In this document: positions 8,176-16,902 of the stretch, in pieces | Layout: each line of letters opens with the position of its first letter | Numbering within the stretch: the stretch's first letter is position 1 | Virus record (IMG/VR): IMGVR_UViG_3300042891_002054 | Length of the DNA stretch: 64,000 nucleotides | Source of the DNA: a virus | Lineage: Duplodnaviria > Heunggongvirae > Uroviricota > Caudoviricetes | Strand: one strand, 5' to 3' | Position numbers and translations under genes: made by a program | Notes under the pieces: generated by a model | The model's input: only the letters and a program-made list of their open reading frames with translations | Database searches by the model: none | What the model was told of the DNA's origin: nothing

Positions 8176-8250
8176 GCGAGTATGGTGTTAATGGTAGCAT
8201 TACAGTCTTCCAAACTGAAGGTAGGGGTTCGAATCCCCTTACTCGCTCCA
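8176..8250 (+). tRNA. tRNA-Gly (anticodon TCC), CCA encoded
   Basis: Acceptor gcgagta/tactcgc, anticodon stem (a)cagt/actg(a) with loop ctTCCaa, T-arm aggggttcgaatcccct, U73 plus CCA. Confidence 0.7.
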
Positions 8251-8256
8251 AATGCA

Positions 8257-8332
8257 GGGTCTTTAGTTAAAAGGTTTAGAACGTCCGACTCATAATCGGT
8301 TGATCTGGGTTCGAGTCCCAGGAGACCCACCA
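8257..8332 (+). tRNA. tRNA with CAT anticodon (likely lysidine-Ile or Met; second CAT tRNA in array)
   Basis: Acceptor gggtctt/gagaccc, anticodon stem (t)ccga/tcgg(t) with loop ctCATaa, T-arm ctggg/ttcgagt/cccag, A73 plus CCA. Confidence 0.65.
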
Positions 8333-8340
8333 AAAAATAT

Positions 8341-8369
8341 TTGACTTTTTAGTCAACATATAGTACAAT
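8341..8369 (+). promoter_or_regulatory. Sigma70-like promoter (TTGACT-N17-TACAAT) upstream of gene 45
   Basis: TTGACT 8341-8346, 17-nt spacer ending 'catatag', TACAAT 8364-8369. Confidence 0.55.
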
Positions 8370-8412
8370 ATATAATGTAAATGATTCTTTTAACATGAGG
8401 TGATAATAAAGT

Positions 8413-9096
8413 ATGAAAATTTCTCCAGAAACAACTGCTATCCTAAAAAACTTTGCAACAATTAATCAAGGTATTTACTTTAAGCAAGGTAGTACCGTTT
8501 CAACAATGAGTCCTCAGAAAAATATTTTAGCTGATGCTACTATTAGCGAAGAAATTCCTCAAGATTTCGGGATTTATGATTTAAATAATTTTCTTTCAGT
8601 TACTTCTTTGTTTAAAGAAGGTTCTGAATTAGAATTTGATTCTAGTCATGTAATTATTAAAGGTCGTGGTGGTCGTTCTAAAATTAAATATCGTATTACA
8701 GACCCATCAATGATTGTTGTTGCTCCACCAAAACGTCCTAATCTTCCGTCCGTAGATGTTAAATTTACATTCTCAAAAGAAGATTTGGAATGGGTAATGA
8801 AAACAGCTAGTGTTTTGGGTGCACCACATATTGCTGTTGAATCTGATGGAGCTAAAGTTGATTTATTAACTTTTGATGAGTCTAATGATGCTAGTCATAC
8901 AAACTCTTTAGAATTGGCTGATGTTGATCCTGAAGGTAAAGTTTTTAAATTAGTGTTTAAAACTGAAAATTTAAAAGTTATTCCTGATACTTATGATGTT
9001 GAGATTTCAAGTAAAGGTATTTCAACATGGACTTCAACTACCAGTGAATTAAAGTACTGGGTGACGATAGAAACTTCATCAAAATTCGGAGGTTAA
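8413..9096 (+). CDS. 45: Sliding clamp gp45
   Basis: 227 aa. The N-terminus 'MKISPETTAILKNFATINQGIYFKQG' closely parallels T4 gp45 'MKLSKDTTALLKNFATINSGIMLKSG'. Placed by synteny before the clamp-loader genes. Confidence 0.9.
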   Translation: MKISPETTAILKNFATINQGIYFKQGSTVSTMSPQKNILADATISEEIPQDFGIYDLNNFLSVTSLFKEGSELEFDSSHVIIKGRGGRSKIKYRITDPSMIVVAPPKRPNLPSVDVKFTFSKEDLEWVMKTASVLGAPHIAVESDGAKVDLLTFDESNDASHTNSLELADVDPEGKVFKLVFKTENLKVIPDTYDVEISSKGISTWTSTTSELKYWVTIETSSKFGG

Positions 9097-9098
9097 TT

Positions 9099-9386
9099 AT
9101 GACACAATCAATTGAAACTGTATTCGGTACTTTAGACGAAAAACAACAAAAAACTTTAATTGATGGGCTAAAAGAAATTTCTGTTCATCTTTCTCGAGTT
9201 GATAATGAAAAGTTAGCAGTAAAAGATATTGTTGATTCTATTAAAGATGAGATTGATCTTCCTAAGAAAATTATTAATCGTCTAGCTAGAACTTATCATA
9301 AGCAAAATTTTGCTGAGCAAAATACTGAAGATAAAGAATTTGCTAAATTATATGTGAATATTGTATCTGGTTATTCAGCTGAATAA
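9099..9386 (+). CDS. Hypothetical protein
   Basis: 95-aa ORF tightly coupled to the gene 45 stop. No recognisable motif. Confidence 0.4.
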   Translation: MTQSIETVFGTLDEKQQKTLIDGLKEISVHLSRVDNEKLAVKDIVDSIKDEIDLPKKIINRLARTYHKQNFAEQNTEDKEFAKLYVNIVSGYSAE

Positions 9387-9397
9387 TTTGAAATTTT

Positions 9398-9424
9398 AGG
9401 GTGGCTTAGGTCACCCTTTTTTTA
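9398..9424 (+). terminator. Rho-independent terminator
   Basis: Hairpin agggtgg-cttagg-tcaccct followed by TTTTTTT. Confidence 0.6.
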
Positions 9425-9447
9425 TGTTTAAAATGTGAGATTATATT

Positions 9448-10386
9448 ATGCGTGAACAAATGTTGTGGTGTGAAAAATATCGTCCTGAGAAAATTTCTGA
9501 TTGTGTTCTTCCTGAATCAATTAAATCAACTTTTCAAGAATTTGCTAATCAAGGTAAAATTCCTAATCTATTAATCGCTGGTTCCGCAGGTGTTGGTAAA
9601 ACAACTATTGCGAAAGCACTCTGTAAAGAAGTTGGTTGTGACTACATAGTAATTAATGGATCTGATGAGAGTGGTATTGATGTTCTTCGCGGTAAAATTA
9701 AAAATTATGCATCATCAGTTTCTTTGTCTGGTGGTCGTAAAGTAATTATCATTGATGAAGCAGATTATTTAAATGCTAATTCATTACAACCAGCGCTTCG
9801 TAACGCTATTGAAGAATTTTCAATTAACTGTTCGTTTATTTTTACTTGCAATTATAAAAATCGTATCATCGAACCGCTACATTCTAGATGTTCTGTGGTT
9901 GATGTGAAAATTGCTAAAGAAGATAAACAAAAATTAATGGGTCGATTTTTTAAAAGAGTTTGTTTTATTCTTGATCAAGAAAACGTTACATATAATAAAG
10001 AAGTTGTTGCTCAGGTAGTTGCAAAATATTATCCAGATAATCGTAGAGTATTAAATGAGTTGCAACGTTATTCTATGGGTGGTGTTATTGATGCTGGATT
10101 ATTAGCTCAAGTTTCTGATTTAAATATTACTCCATTAATAAAAGCAATGAAAGAAAAAGATTTTATTAATGTTAGAAAATGGGTTATTGATAATTTAGAT
10201 AATGATAGTCATACAATTTATCGAAAATTATATGATAATATGAATGACATTCTTAAAAGTAATTCTATTCCACAGTTAGTTTTATTGATTGGTAAATATC
10301 AATATCAAACAGCTTTTGTTGTTGATCATGAAATTAATTTAATGGCGTTTTTTACTGAATGTATGGTAGATTTGGAATTTAAATAG
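9448..10386 (+). CDS. 44: Clamp loader large subunit gp44 (AAA+ ATPase)
   Basis: Walker A 'GSAGVGKTT', Walker B 'IIIDEAD', and an RFC-like sensor region. Size and position match T4 gene 44. Confidence 0.9.
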   Translation: MREQMLWCEKYRPEKISDCVLPESIKSTFQEFANQGKIPNLLIAGSAGVGKTTIAKALCKEVGCDYIVINGSDESGIDVLRGKIKNYASSVSLSGGRKVIIIDEADYLNANSLQPALRNAIEEFSINCSFIFTCNYKNRIIEPLHSRCSVVDVKIAKEDKQKLMGRFFKRVCFILDQENVTYNKEVVAQVVAKYYPDNRRVLNELQRYSMGGVIDAGLLAQVSDLNITPLIKAMKEKDFINVRKWVIDNLDNDSHTIYRKLYDNMNDILKSNSIPQLVLLIGKYQYQTAFVVDHEINLMAFFTECMVDLEFK

Positions 10387-10394
10387 GGGGAATT

Positions 10395-10781
10395 ATGCTT
10401 GATTTATTCAAGGAAGTTTTACCTAGTGTATTACAAACTAAAACCGATATTTTAACTCCGGAAAACGAAAAAGAATATAAACCTTATATCGTTAATAGAG
10501 CAATTTCTCAACATAACGATACAATATTATATGTTAACGAAATGAATCGTTATCCAAATTTGGATAACAAGTTACAATACCACTTTTACCTAAATACATT
10601 AAAAGCTAAGAAACGACCATTTCAAAAGTGGTATAAATCTAGCGAATCAGATGATATTCAGAGTGTAAAAGAATATTTCGGGTATTCTTCCGAAAAAGCA
10701 AAGGAAGCATTGAGAATTCTTACTCCTGATCAAATAAAAACAATTAAGGAAGTTATAGATAAAACTGGAGTTATAAAATGA
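10395..10781 (+). CDS. 62: Clamp loader small subunit gp62
   Basis: Called by position between genes 44 and regA and by its 128-aa size. Sequence recognition is weak. Confidence 0.6.
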   Translation: MLDLFKEVLPSVLQTKTDILTPENEKEYKPYIVNRAISQHNDTILYVNEMNRYPNLDNKLQYHFYLNTLKAKKRPFQKWYKSSESDDIQSVKEYFGYSSEKAKEALRILTPDQIKTIKEVIDKTGVIK

Positions 10782-11179
10782 GTGATATTTTTAATGGATT
10801 CGGAATAGAAGTGTTCATTGATGAAAATGATTTTTTAAAAATCAAAGAAACTTTATCTCGTATTGGTGTTTTATCAAAAAAAGATAAAACATTATATCAA
10901 TCTTGTCATATTTTACATAAACAAGGTAGGTATGTAATTATACATTTTAAGGAATTATTTGGATTAGATAATAAAATTCATGATATTAGCGAAAATGATA
11001 TTGCCAGAAGAAATACTATTGTTAAATTATTAGCAGATTGGGAATTATTGGAAATACGAAATCAAGATGAATGTAAATCTCCATTAGTTCCAATTAGCCA
11101 AATTAAGATTCTTTCATATAAAGAAAAACATGAATACAATTTGGTTAGTAAATATAATATTGGGAAAGTGAAAAAATAA
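10778..11179 (+). CDS. regA: Translational repressor RegA
   Basis: 'FLKIKETLSRIGVLSKKDKTLYQSCHILHKQGRYVIIHFKELFGLD' aligns with T4 RegA 'FLKVKETLTRMGIANNKDKVLYQSCHILQKKGLYYIVHFKEMLRMD'. Confidence 0.9.
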   Translation: MSDIFNGFGIEVFIDENDFLKIKETLSRIGVLSKKDKTLYQSCHILHKQGRYVIIHFKELFGLDNKIHDISENDIARRNTIVKLLADWELLEIRNQDECKSPLVPISQIKILSYKEKHEYNLVSKYNIGKVKK

Positions 11180-11439
11180 TGCCTGGAGTTACCCGAAAAG
11201 ATACTGACACAGCTGGAGGTACTCTAATCGGTGCTTCTGGTAATGTATTTGTAAATGGCAAAGGCGCTGTTCGAATAGGTGATGCAGTTGCTGGGCATGG
11301 TCCAGCAATTCATGCTGGTCCAGTTATGGCTGTCGGTTCAGGAACAGTTTTTGTAAATGGTATTGCTGTATGTAGAGCTGGTGATGCAGCTACATGCGGC
11401 CATACAGCCACTGGGAGCGGAGACGTTTTTGCTGGCTAA
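11179..11439 (+). CDS. PAAR-repeat protein (T4 gp5.4-like spike tip)
   Basis: 86 aa, Gly/Val-rich beta-helix. Motifs 'GTLIGASGNVFVNGK', 'GHGPAIHAGP' and 'GSGTVFVNGIAVCRAGD..CGH' match PAAR domains. Confidence 0.7.
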   Translation: MPGVTRKDTDTAGGTLIGASGNVFVNGKGAVRIGDAVAGHGPAIHAGPVMAVGSGTVFVNGIAVCRAGDAATCGHTATGSGDVFAG

Positions 11440-11469
11440 ATAGTTTTGTAGGGTGGTTCTACAAAAATC

Positions 11470-11492
11470 AGACTCGCTTCGGGAGTCTTTTT
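11470..11492 (+). terminator. Rho-independent terminator
   Basis: Hairpin (a)gactc-gcttcgg-gagtc(t) plus TTTTT. It is preceded by a second hairpin, ttgtag-ggtggtt-ctacaa. Confidence 0.55.
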
Positions 11493-11523
11493 AATATATC
11501 TTGCTTATTATAAGGAGAAATGT

Positions 11524-11955
11524 ATGACAATTAACAACACTGCACTAGCAGATTTTAGATCTATTCATAATTCAGCATTTATTGGTTTTGACGAAATTTT
11601 TCGTAGAATCAAAGAATTGGAAAAACCTCAAACAGGATTTCCTCCATATGATATTATCAAACGTTCAGAAGAACAATTTGTTATCAAATTGGCTGTAGCT
11701 GGATATTCGAAAGATAATATTTCAATTGTTCTGGATTCCGGAAAATTAACTATTTCTGGTTCTACTAAAACAGAGGATTTAGATTCTTTGTACTATATCC
11801 ATAAAGGAATTGCAGAAAGAGATTTCAAACGAGTGTTTACGCTCTCTGATACCGTTGAGGTTGAGAAAGTGACATTATCCAACGGTATGTTATATGTAAC
11901 ACTTCAAAACGTAATTCCAGAACATAAAAAACCTAAAGTATTCGAAATTGAATAA
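11524..11955 (+). CDS. Small heat-shock protein, Hsp20/IbpA family
   Basis: Alpha-crystallin domain closely parallel to E. coli IbpA: 'GFPPYDIIK', 'LAVAGYSKDNISI', 'YIHKGIAERDFKRVFTL...NGMLYVTLQNVIPEHKKPKVFEI' versus IbpA '...YLYQGIAERNFERKFQL...[23 protein letters not shown]'. Confidence 0.85.
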   Translation: MTINNTALADFRSIHNSAFIGFDEIFRRIKELEKPQTGFPPYDIIKRSEEQFVIKLAVAGYSKDNISIVLDSGKLTISGSTKTEDLDSLYYIHKGIAERDFKRVFTLSDTVEVEKVTLSNGMLYVTLQNVIPEHKKPKVFEIE

Positions 11956-11981
11956 AATATAGAATATTAGGTATTTCCCTA

Positions 11982-12010
11982 AACGGCAATCAATATGGTT
12001 GCCGTTTTTT
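11982..12010 (+). terminator. Rho-independent terminator
   Basis: Hairpin aacggcaa-tcaatatgg-ttgccgtt followed by TTTTTT. Confidence 0.65.
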
Positions 12011-12014
12011 ATGC

Positions 12015-12043
12015 TTGCTATTTTTCAAGATTCATAGTATAAT
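12015..12043 (+). promoter_or_regulatory. Sigma70-like promoter (TTGCTA-N17-TATAAT)
   Basis: TTGCTA 12015-12020, spacer ending 'ttcatag', TATAAT 12038-12043. Confidence 0.5.
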
Positions 12044-12061
12044 AGTTCTATATACAATAAT

Positions 12062-12355
12062 TTGGTGATTTTTATGGCATACACAAGATGGTCTGATTCT
12101 AATTGGTATTCTTTTCATAATTGTTCTTCTGGTGAGACGAAGAATGAACAAGTTCTTTCTCTTTGGTATGTTGGAGCAGAACGTCTTGTTGATTTATATT
12201 ATGAAGAATTGGTTGAAATGACTCCTAGTTTATTAAAACAATTTTATGATACTGATATTTCAAAAGAAGATATTCATGAAGCAATGGAAATTATAAACTG
12301 GTTCATTGATGATATGGATAAAGAATTTCAATATGAGAATGATGATGAAGAATAA
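12062..12355 (+). CDS. Hypothetical acidic protein
   Basis: 97-aa ORF with strong coding periodicity. Confidence 0.4.
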   Translation: MVIFMAYTRWSDSNWYSFHNCSSGETKNEQVLSLWYVGAERLVDLYYEELVEMTPSLLKQFYDTDISKEDIHEAMEIINWFIDDMDKEFQYENDDEE

Positions 12356-12848
12356 ATTTATTAATTATTTTATGGATGTAGCTGAGCGTACAGCTGAATT
12401 ATCCTATGCTGAACGATTAAAAGTTGGTACAGTAATTGTAAAGAATAATCGTATAATTAGTTGTGGATATAATGGGTTGCCTGCAGGTTGGGAACCTAAT
12501 GCTTGCGAAAAGGTGGTAATTTTATCTGATTCAGAATATTTTGCTTTATCGTTGGAAGATCAACATAGATATGAGCCGATTCCGGATTCATTTTTCTGGC
12601 GTGGATTGAAAACATATGATGAGGTTATTCATTCTGAAGCTAATGCAATTTCTCAATTAGCTAGTTATACTGAATCTGGAATCGGTGCAACATTATTTTG
12701 TACACATAGTCCATGTTTACAGTGTGCAAAAATTATATATGGTTCTGGTATCAGAATTGTGTATTATAAAACAGAATATCGATCTAATGATGGTATTCAA
12801 TTTTTAAAACAATGTGGCGTAAATGTCATAAAATACGAGGAAAATTAA
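12306..12848 (+). CDS. cd: dCMP deaminase (start uncertain; probably one of the internal Met codons near 12333-12345)
   Basis: Zinc-dependent cytidine/dCMP deaminase motifs 'HSEANAI' (HxE) and 'PCLQCAK' (PCxxC), plus 'CGYNG'. Confidence 0.8.
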   Translation: MMIWIKNFNMRMMMKNKFINYFMDVAERTAELSYAERLKVGTVIVKNNRIISCGYNGLPAGWEPNACEKVVILSDSEYFALSLEDQHRYEPIPDSFFWRGLKTYDEVIHSEANAISQLASYTESGIGATLFCTHSPCLQCAKIIYGSGIRIVYYKTEYRSNDGIQFLKQCGVNVIKYEEN

Positions 12849-12849
12849 A

Positions 12850-13167
12850 ATGACAGATATTAGAATGTTTAGAACAGCAACTGGTGAAGATGTTATTGCT
12901 GAATATGTAGAAACAACTGCTGATGGTGATGTTTATAAAAATGCTATTCAATTAGTTATTGTTCCTTCTAGAGCAAATCCACAAGAACAATCTTATGCTT
13001 TTGCTCCATTCCCGCACTATTCGCAAAAAGGTAGCGAGTTAAAATTAACCTTTAACAGAGAACGAATTATATTTTTTATTGAGATTGAAGATGCATTCCT
13101 TGAACAATATAATTCAGTTTTTGGTCATATTACAACACCTTCTCCAAAATTTATTTTAGGTAAATAA
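12850..13167 (+). CDS. Hypothetical protein
   Basis: 105-aa ORF immediately upstream of gene 43. Confidence 0.35.
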   Translation: MTDIRMFRTATGEDVIAEYVETTADGDVYKNAIQLVIVPSRANPQEQSYAFAPFPHYSQKGSELKLTFNRERIIFFIEIEDAFLEQYNSVFGHITTPSPKFILGK

Positions 13168-15693
13168 ATGTCAAATTTTTACACAGATGTATCAATTTTA
13201 GGTAATAGTATTCTTTATAGGGGAATTGAAGATGGTAGACGAGTTCAATTTAAATTAGAATACTCGCCTAAAGTTTATGTGAAATCTAATAAGAAAAGTG
13301 AGTGGCAAAATCTTTTCGGTCAATATGTAGAAGAAATTCAACCAGGAAGTATTAGTGAAACAAGAGATTTTATTAAACGATATTCTGATGTAGATAATTT
13401 TGAAATTTATGGTGATATAGGTTTTGATGTCCAGTTTATTTCTGATAAATTTACTGGACTGATTGACTGGAGTATGGATCATATTAATTCATTTGTTCTT
13501 GACATTGAAACTGCAACAGAACAATCTGGTTTTCCTAATCCTGATCAAGCAAGTGAAGAAGTTCTTCTTATTACTATGAAGAACATGAAAACAAAACGCA
13601 ATACAACATTTATGTCCAGAGAATACACTGGAGATCCAATAGAAAATTGTGATTTAATTTTATGTCAAGACGAATATTCATTATTAAATCAATTTGTCGA
13701 TTTCTGGAAACGTTCTAATGTAGATATTATTACAGGGTGGAATGTTGAAGGATTTGATATAAAATATCTTGTAAATCGAATTAAAAATATTTGTAGTGAA
13801 GATAGACTTAAAGAATTAAGTCCCTGGAATCGTATTAAAGAACGAAAAACTAAAGACGATTATGGTAAAGCTACAACTCTTTATGAAATTGTTGGGGTTC
13901 CTGTTGTTGATTTTAGAGATTTATACAAAAAATACACTTATACAAAACAAGAGAATTATCGTTTAGAAACTATTGCTCAAGTTGAATTAAATTGTGGTAA
14001 ATTAGATCATAGCGAATTTGATACGTTTAAAGATTTTTATACTTATGGGTGGAATAAATTTGTCTTATATAACACTATCGATTGCGATAGAGTAGATGAA
14101 CTTGAAGACAAAATGAAATTGCTCGAACTATGTTTAACTACGTCTTATTTGGCAAAAGTTAATTATGGTGACGTATTCAGTCAAATTCGTATGTGGGATT
14201 CAATTATTTTTAATCATTTGAAATCTAAAAATGTTGTTATTCCACCAAGATCTAAGAATAGTAAATCAGAACAGTTTGAAGGAGCGTTCGTCCGTGAACC
14301 AATTCCAGGATTCTACAAGTGGGTTACTGCTTTTGATGCTACCAGTCTGTATCCAAGTATTATGCAGACCTGGAACATATCCCTAGAGACCTTTGTTGGT
14401 ATGTTTGATGGTAACATTACAACTAAAGGGTTGCTGAATAAAGAATACGATTTTCCTGAGGAATATACTGTAGCAGCTAATGGTGCTATGTATAGAAAAG
14501 ATAAAGTTGGTATGATCCCTGAGTTGATTGATATTTACATGAAAAAACGTAAAGAAGCAAAATCAACAATGTTGCGTTATGAGAGCGAATTAGAATTATT
14601 AAAAGGTTCTAAAATAGATAAAAAAGAAGCTAAAGCTGAATATAAACGATTACATAATTTAATCTCAAAATATAATAACGAACAAATGGCATTTAAAATT
14701 GCTATGAATAGTTTGTATGGCGCACTAGGTAATGCATTCTTTAGATATTATACTTTAGAAAATGCTAGAGCTGTAACTTTATCTGGTCAATATATTATTA
14801 TCAGCGTTGGTGAATATGTAGATAAAAAATTGAATTCTCTATTTAAAACTCAATATCCTTGGGTTATTTATCAAGATACAGATTCAATTTATTTAACGCT
14901 TGAGCCGATTGTTGATAAATTTTATTCAGATAAAGATGTTAAGGACGTTATTCCTGTACTAAGTAAAATTTGTAAGGAAAAGATTGATCCAATCATTAAT
15001 GAATGTTGTTACGATCTTCAGCGGTATACAAATGTACATCGAGATTGTATTTCATTTAAATTAGAAGCGATTAGTTCTAAAGGTTTTTGGACTGGTAAAA
15101 AGCGTTATGCATTAAACGTTTACGAAAATGAAGGTGTTGTGTATAATGAACCTAAATTAAAAATTATGGGTCTAGAAGTTGTTAAATCTTCAACACCGAA
15201 AGTTATTAGAGATAAATTAAAGAAATCTGTAGGTTTAATCTTAAATGGTACTGAATCTGATGTTCAGGATTTCGTTTCCAGTGTTAAATCTGAATTTTAC
15301 AATTATTCTGTTGAAGAAATTTCATTTCCGCGTGGCGTAAATGGTATTGAAAAATATAGTGATTCAAAAACATTGTATGCCAGCGGTTGCCCAATTCATA
15401 CTAAAGGAGCTATTCTATATAATAATAGACTTAAAGAATTAAATCTTCAGCATAAGTATGAAAATATTGGTGAAGGTGAGAATATTAAGTTTTGTTATTT
15501 GAAAAAACCTAATCCATTAAAAAATGAAGTAATTTCATTTTCAGTTGGATTACCTCCTGAATTTGGGTTGGATAAGTATGTTGATTACGAGAAACAGTAC
15601 GAAAAAACATTTTTAGACCCATTAAATGGTATGTTAGAAGCTGTTGGTTGGTCTCATGAACGAATGAATAGTATTGAAGATTTTTTTAGTTAG
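13168..15693 (+). CDS. 43: Family B DNA polymerase gp43 with 3'-5' exonuclease
   Basis: Exo I 'FVLDIETAT', Pol A 'DATSLYPSI', Pol C 'YQDTDSIY' and a KKRY-like 'WTGKKRY' motif. 841 aa. Confidence 0.95.
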   Translation: MSNFYTDVSILGNSILYRGIEDGRRVQFKLEYSPKVYVKSNKKSEWQNLFGQYVEEIQPGSISETRDFIKRYSDVDNFEIYGDIGFDVQFISDKFTGLIDWSMDHINSFVLDIETATEQSGFPNPDQASEEVLLITMKNMKTKRNTTFMSREYTGDPIENCDLILCQDEYSLLNQFVDFWKRSNVDIITGWNVEGFDIKYLVNRIKNICSEDRLKELSPWNRIKERKTKDDYGKATTLYEIVGVPVVDFRDLYKKYTYTKQENYRLETIAQVELNCGKLDHSEFDTFKDFYTYGWNKFVLYNTIDCDRVDELEDKMKLLELCLTTSYLAKVNYGDVFSQIRMWDSIIFNHLKSKNVVIPPRSKNSKSEQFEGAFVREPIPGFYKWVTAFDATSLYPSIMQTWNISLETFVGMFDGNITTKGLLNKEYDFPEEYTVAANGAMYRKDKVGMIPELIDIYMKKRKEAKSTMLRYESELELLKGSKIDKKEAKAEYKRLHNLISKYNNEQMAFKIAMNSLYGALGNAFFRYYTLENARAVTLSGQYIIISVGEYVDKKLNSLFKTQYPWVIYQDTDSIYLTLEPIVDKFYSDKDVKDVIPVLSKICKEKIDPIINECCYDLQRYTNVHRDCISFKLEAISSKGFWTGKKRYALNVYENEGVVYNEPKLKIMGLEVVKSSTPKVIRDKLKKSVGLILNGTESDVQDFVSSVKSEFYNYSVEEISFPRGVNGIEKYSDSKTLYASGCPIHTKGAILYNNRLKELNLQHKYENIGEGENIKFCYLKKPNPLKNEVISFSVGLPPEFGLDKYVDYEKQYEKTFLDPLNGMLEAVGWSHERMNSIEDFFS

Positions 15694-15706
15694 TATAAAT
15701 AAAGTT

Positions 15707-15732
15707 AAGAGGGGTGGCTCCCCTCTTTAAAA
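15707..15732 (+). terminator. Terminator-like hairpin
   Basis: Hairpin aagagggg-tggct-cccctctt followed by an A/T tract containing few T residues. Confidence 0.4.
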
Positions 15733-15766
15733 TAATCAGCAATTTTAATTTAATAGAAGGAAATAT

Positions 15767-16183
15767 ATGACTGATACAATTTCAAATTGGACTTTATTTG
15801 GTGTCCATCTCACTTCAATCGAACTTTATGAATATTATTCGGAAGAGAATGATTGTCATTTTTATAATTCTAGCATTACTATATCATTAGATAATGGTCT
15901 TACAAAAGAATTTGAACAAGTAGTTACATTATTTACTGATATTTGGGAAGAAGATCCTGTTTTGTGTGCTGTTGACACTGCTTTATCTGTAAACAATTTA
16001 TTTTCATTATCTCGTTATGTTATGATTTTTAATCAAGATGGATCTCAAATGGGAGAATTCTTTTTACCTGAAGATTTTGATGATATTAAAAATATTGATA
16101 TTAATTGGTTATCTGAACAAGAAGATGAAGAACCTATTTCTGGTATAGATATAGAACAATCAACAAAAATTTTGATGATATGA
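15767..16183 (+). CDS. Hypothetical acidic protein
   Basis: 138-aa ORF. Confidence 0.35.
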   Translation: MTDTISNWTLFGVHLTSIELYEYYSEENDCHFYNSSITISLDNGLTKEFEQVVTLFTDIWEEDPVLCAVDTALSVNNLFSLSRYVMIFNQDGSQMGEFFLPEDFDDIKNIDINWLSEQEDEEPISGIDIEQSTKILMI

Positions 16184-16902
16184 ATTATATTCGTATACAT
16201 GACTCAATAATATCTAGAGCTAGAACAAGGGTATATGATAGTAAATTATATCAAAATCATCATATTATACCTATTCACGAAGATTCTACCTCAACAGAAA
16301 CTGTTCCTTTAACTATAAAAGAACACAGGGTAATTCATTTATTGAGATATAAAATGGGGTTCAATTTAGGAAATTTAAAAGCCTACTATTTATTAAAAGG
16401 TAATCCTGAAATTGAAGTTAATTTATTAATTTGTTCTTTAGCTGGTAAAATTGGTGGTAAAATGACTAAAGAACAGAAACTTGGAATATTTTCTGGTTCT
16501 TGGGATAGATCAGCTGAATCGAAAAGAATTCATTTTGAGGGTCTAGTTACCCCACATTTTAAAAAATTTCCAGATGTTGCTGCTGTATGTGGTAAACAAA
16601 ATGTTTTATCTGGAATTGGTATTCATGATCCAAATTATAAAAATTTAAGATCAGAATGGGCTAGTATTGGAGCTAATGCTCTTCAGGAAGCTGGAACTAG
16701 GAGTGGAATTGGTGGATATGACTGGAGAATTAATAATTATGATTTAGTTATAGAAAATTCCTCTAAGGGGGGTAAAATTGGTGGTAAAATTGTTGGTTCA
16801 AGACCTTGGTGGACTAACGGTGTTGAAAATAAAAGATCTCATACCAATCCAGGTATCGGTTGGTGTCGAGGAATGACTAAAAATAAAACGGTGAATAAAT
16901 GA
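16180..16902 (+). CDS. HNH endonuclease-like protein with Gly/Lys repeats
   Basis: 'YQNHHIIP...TIKEHRVIHLL' HNH motif. Repeated 'GGKIGGK' segments in the C-terminal half. Confidence 0.5.
   Translation: MNYIRIHDSIISRARTRVYDSKLYQNHHIIPIHEDSTSTETVPLTIKEHRVIHLLRYKMGFNLGNLKAYYLLKGNPEIEVNLLICSLAGKIGGKMTKEQKLGIFSGSWDRSAESKRIHFEGLVTPHFKKFPDVAAVCGKQNVLSGIGIHDPNYKNLRSEWASIGANALQEAGTRSGIGGYDWRINNYDLVIENSSKGGKIGGKIVGSRPWWTNGVENKRSHTNPGIGWCRGMTKNKTVNK

Noticed and set aside
7900-8333. Minus-strand ORFs 7900..8148 and 8094..8333
   Set aside because: They lie entirely antisense to densely packed tRNA genes (Ser, Gln, Ser, Gly, CAT) and are products of GC-rich tRNA sequence, not coding.
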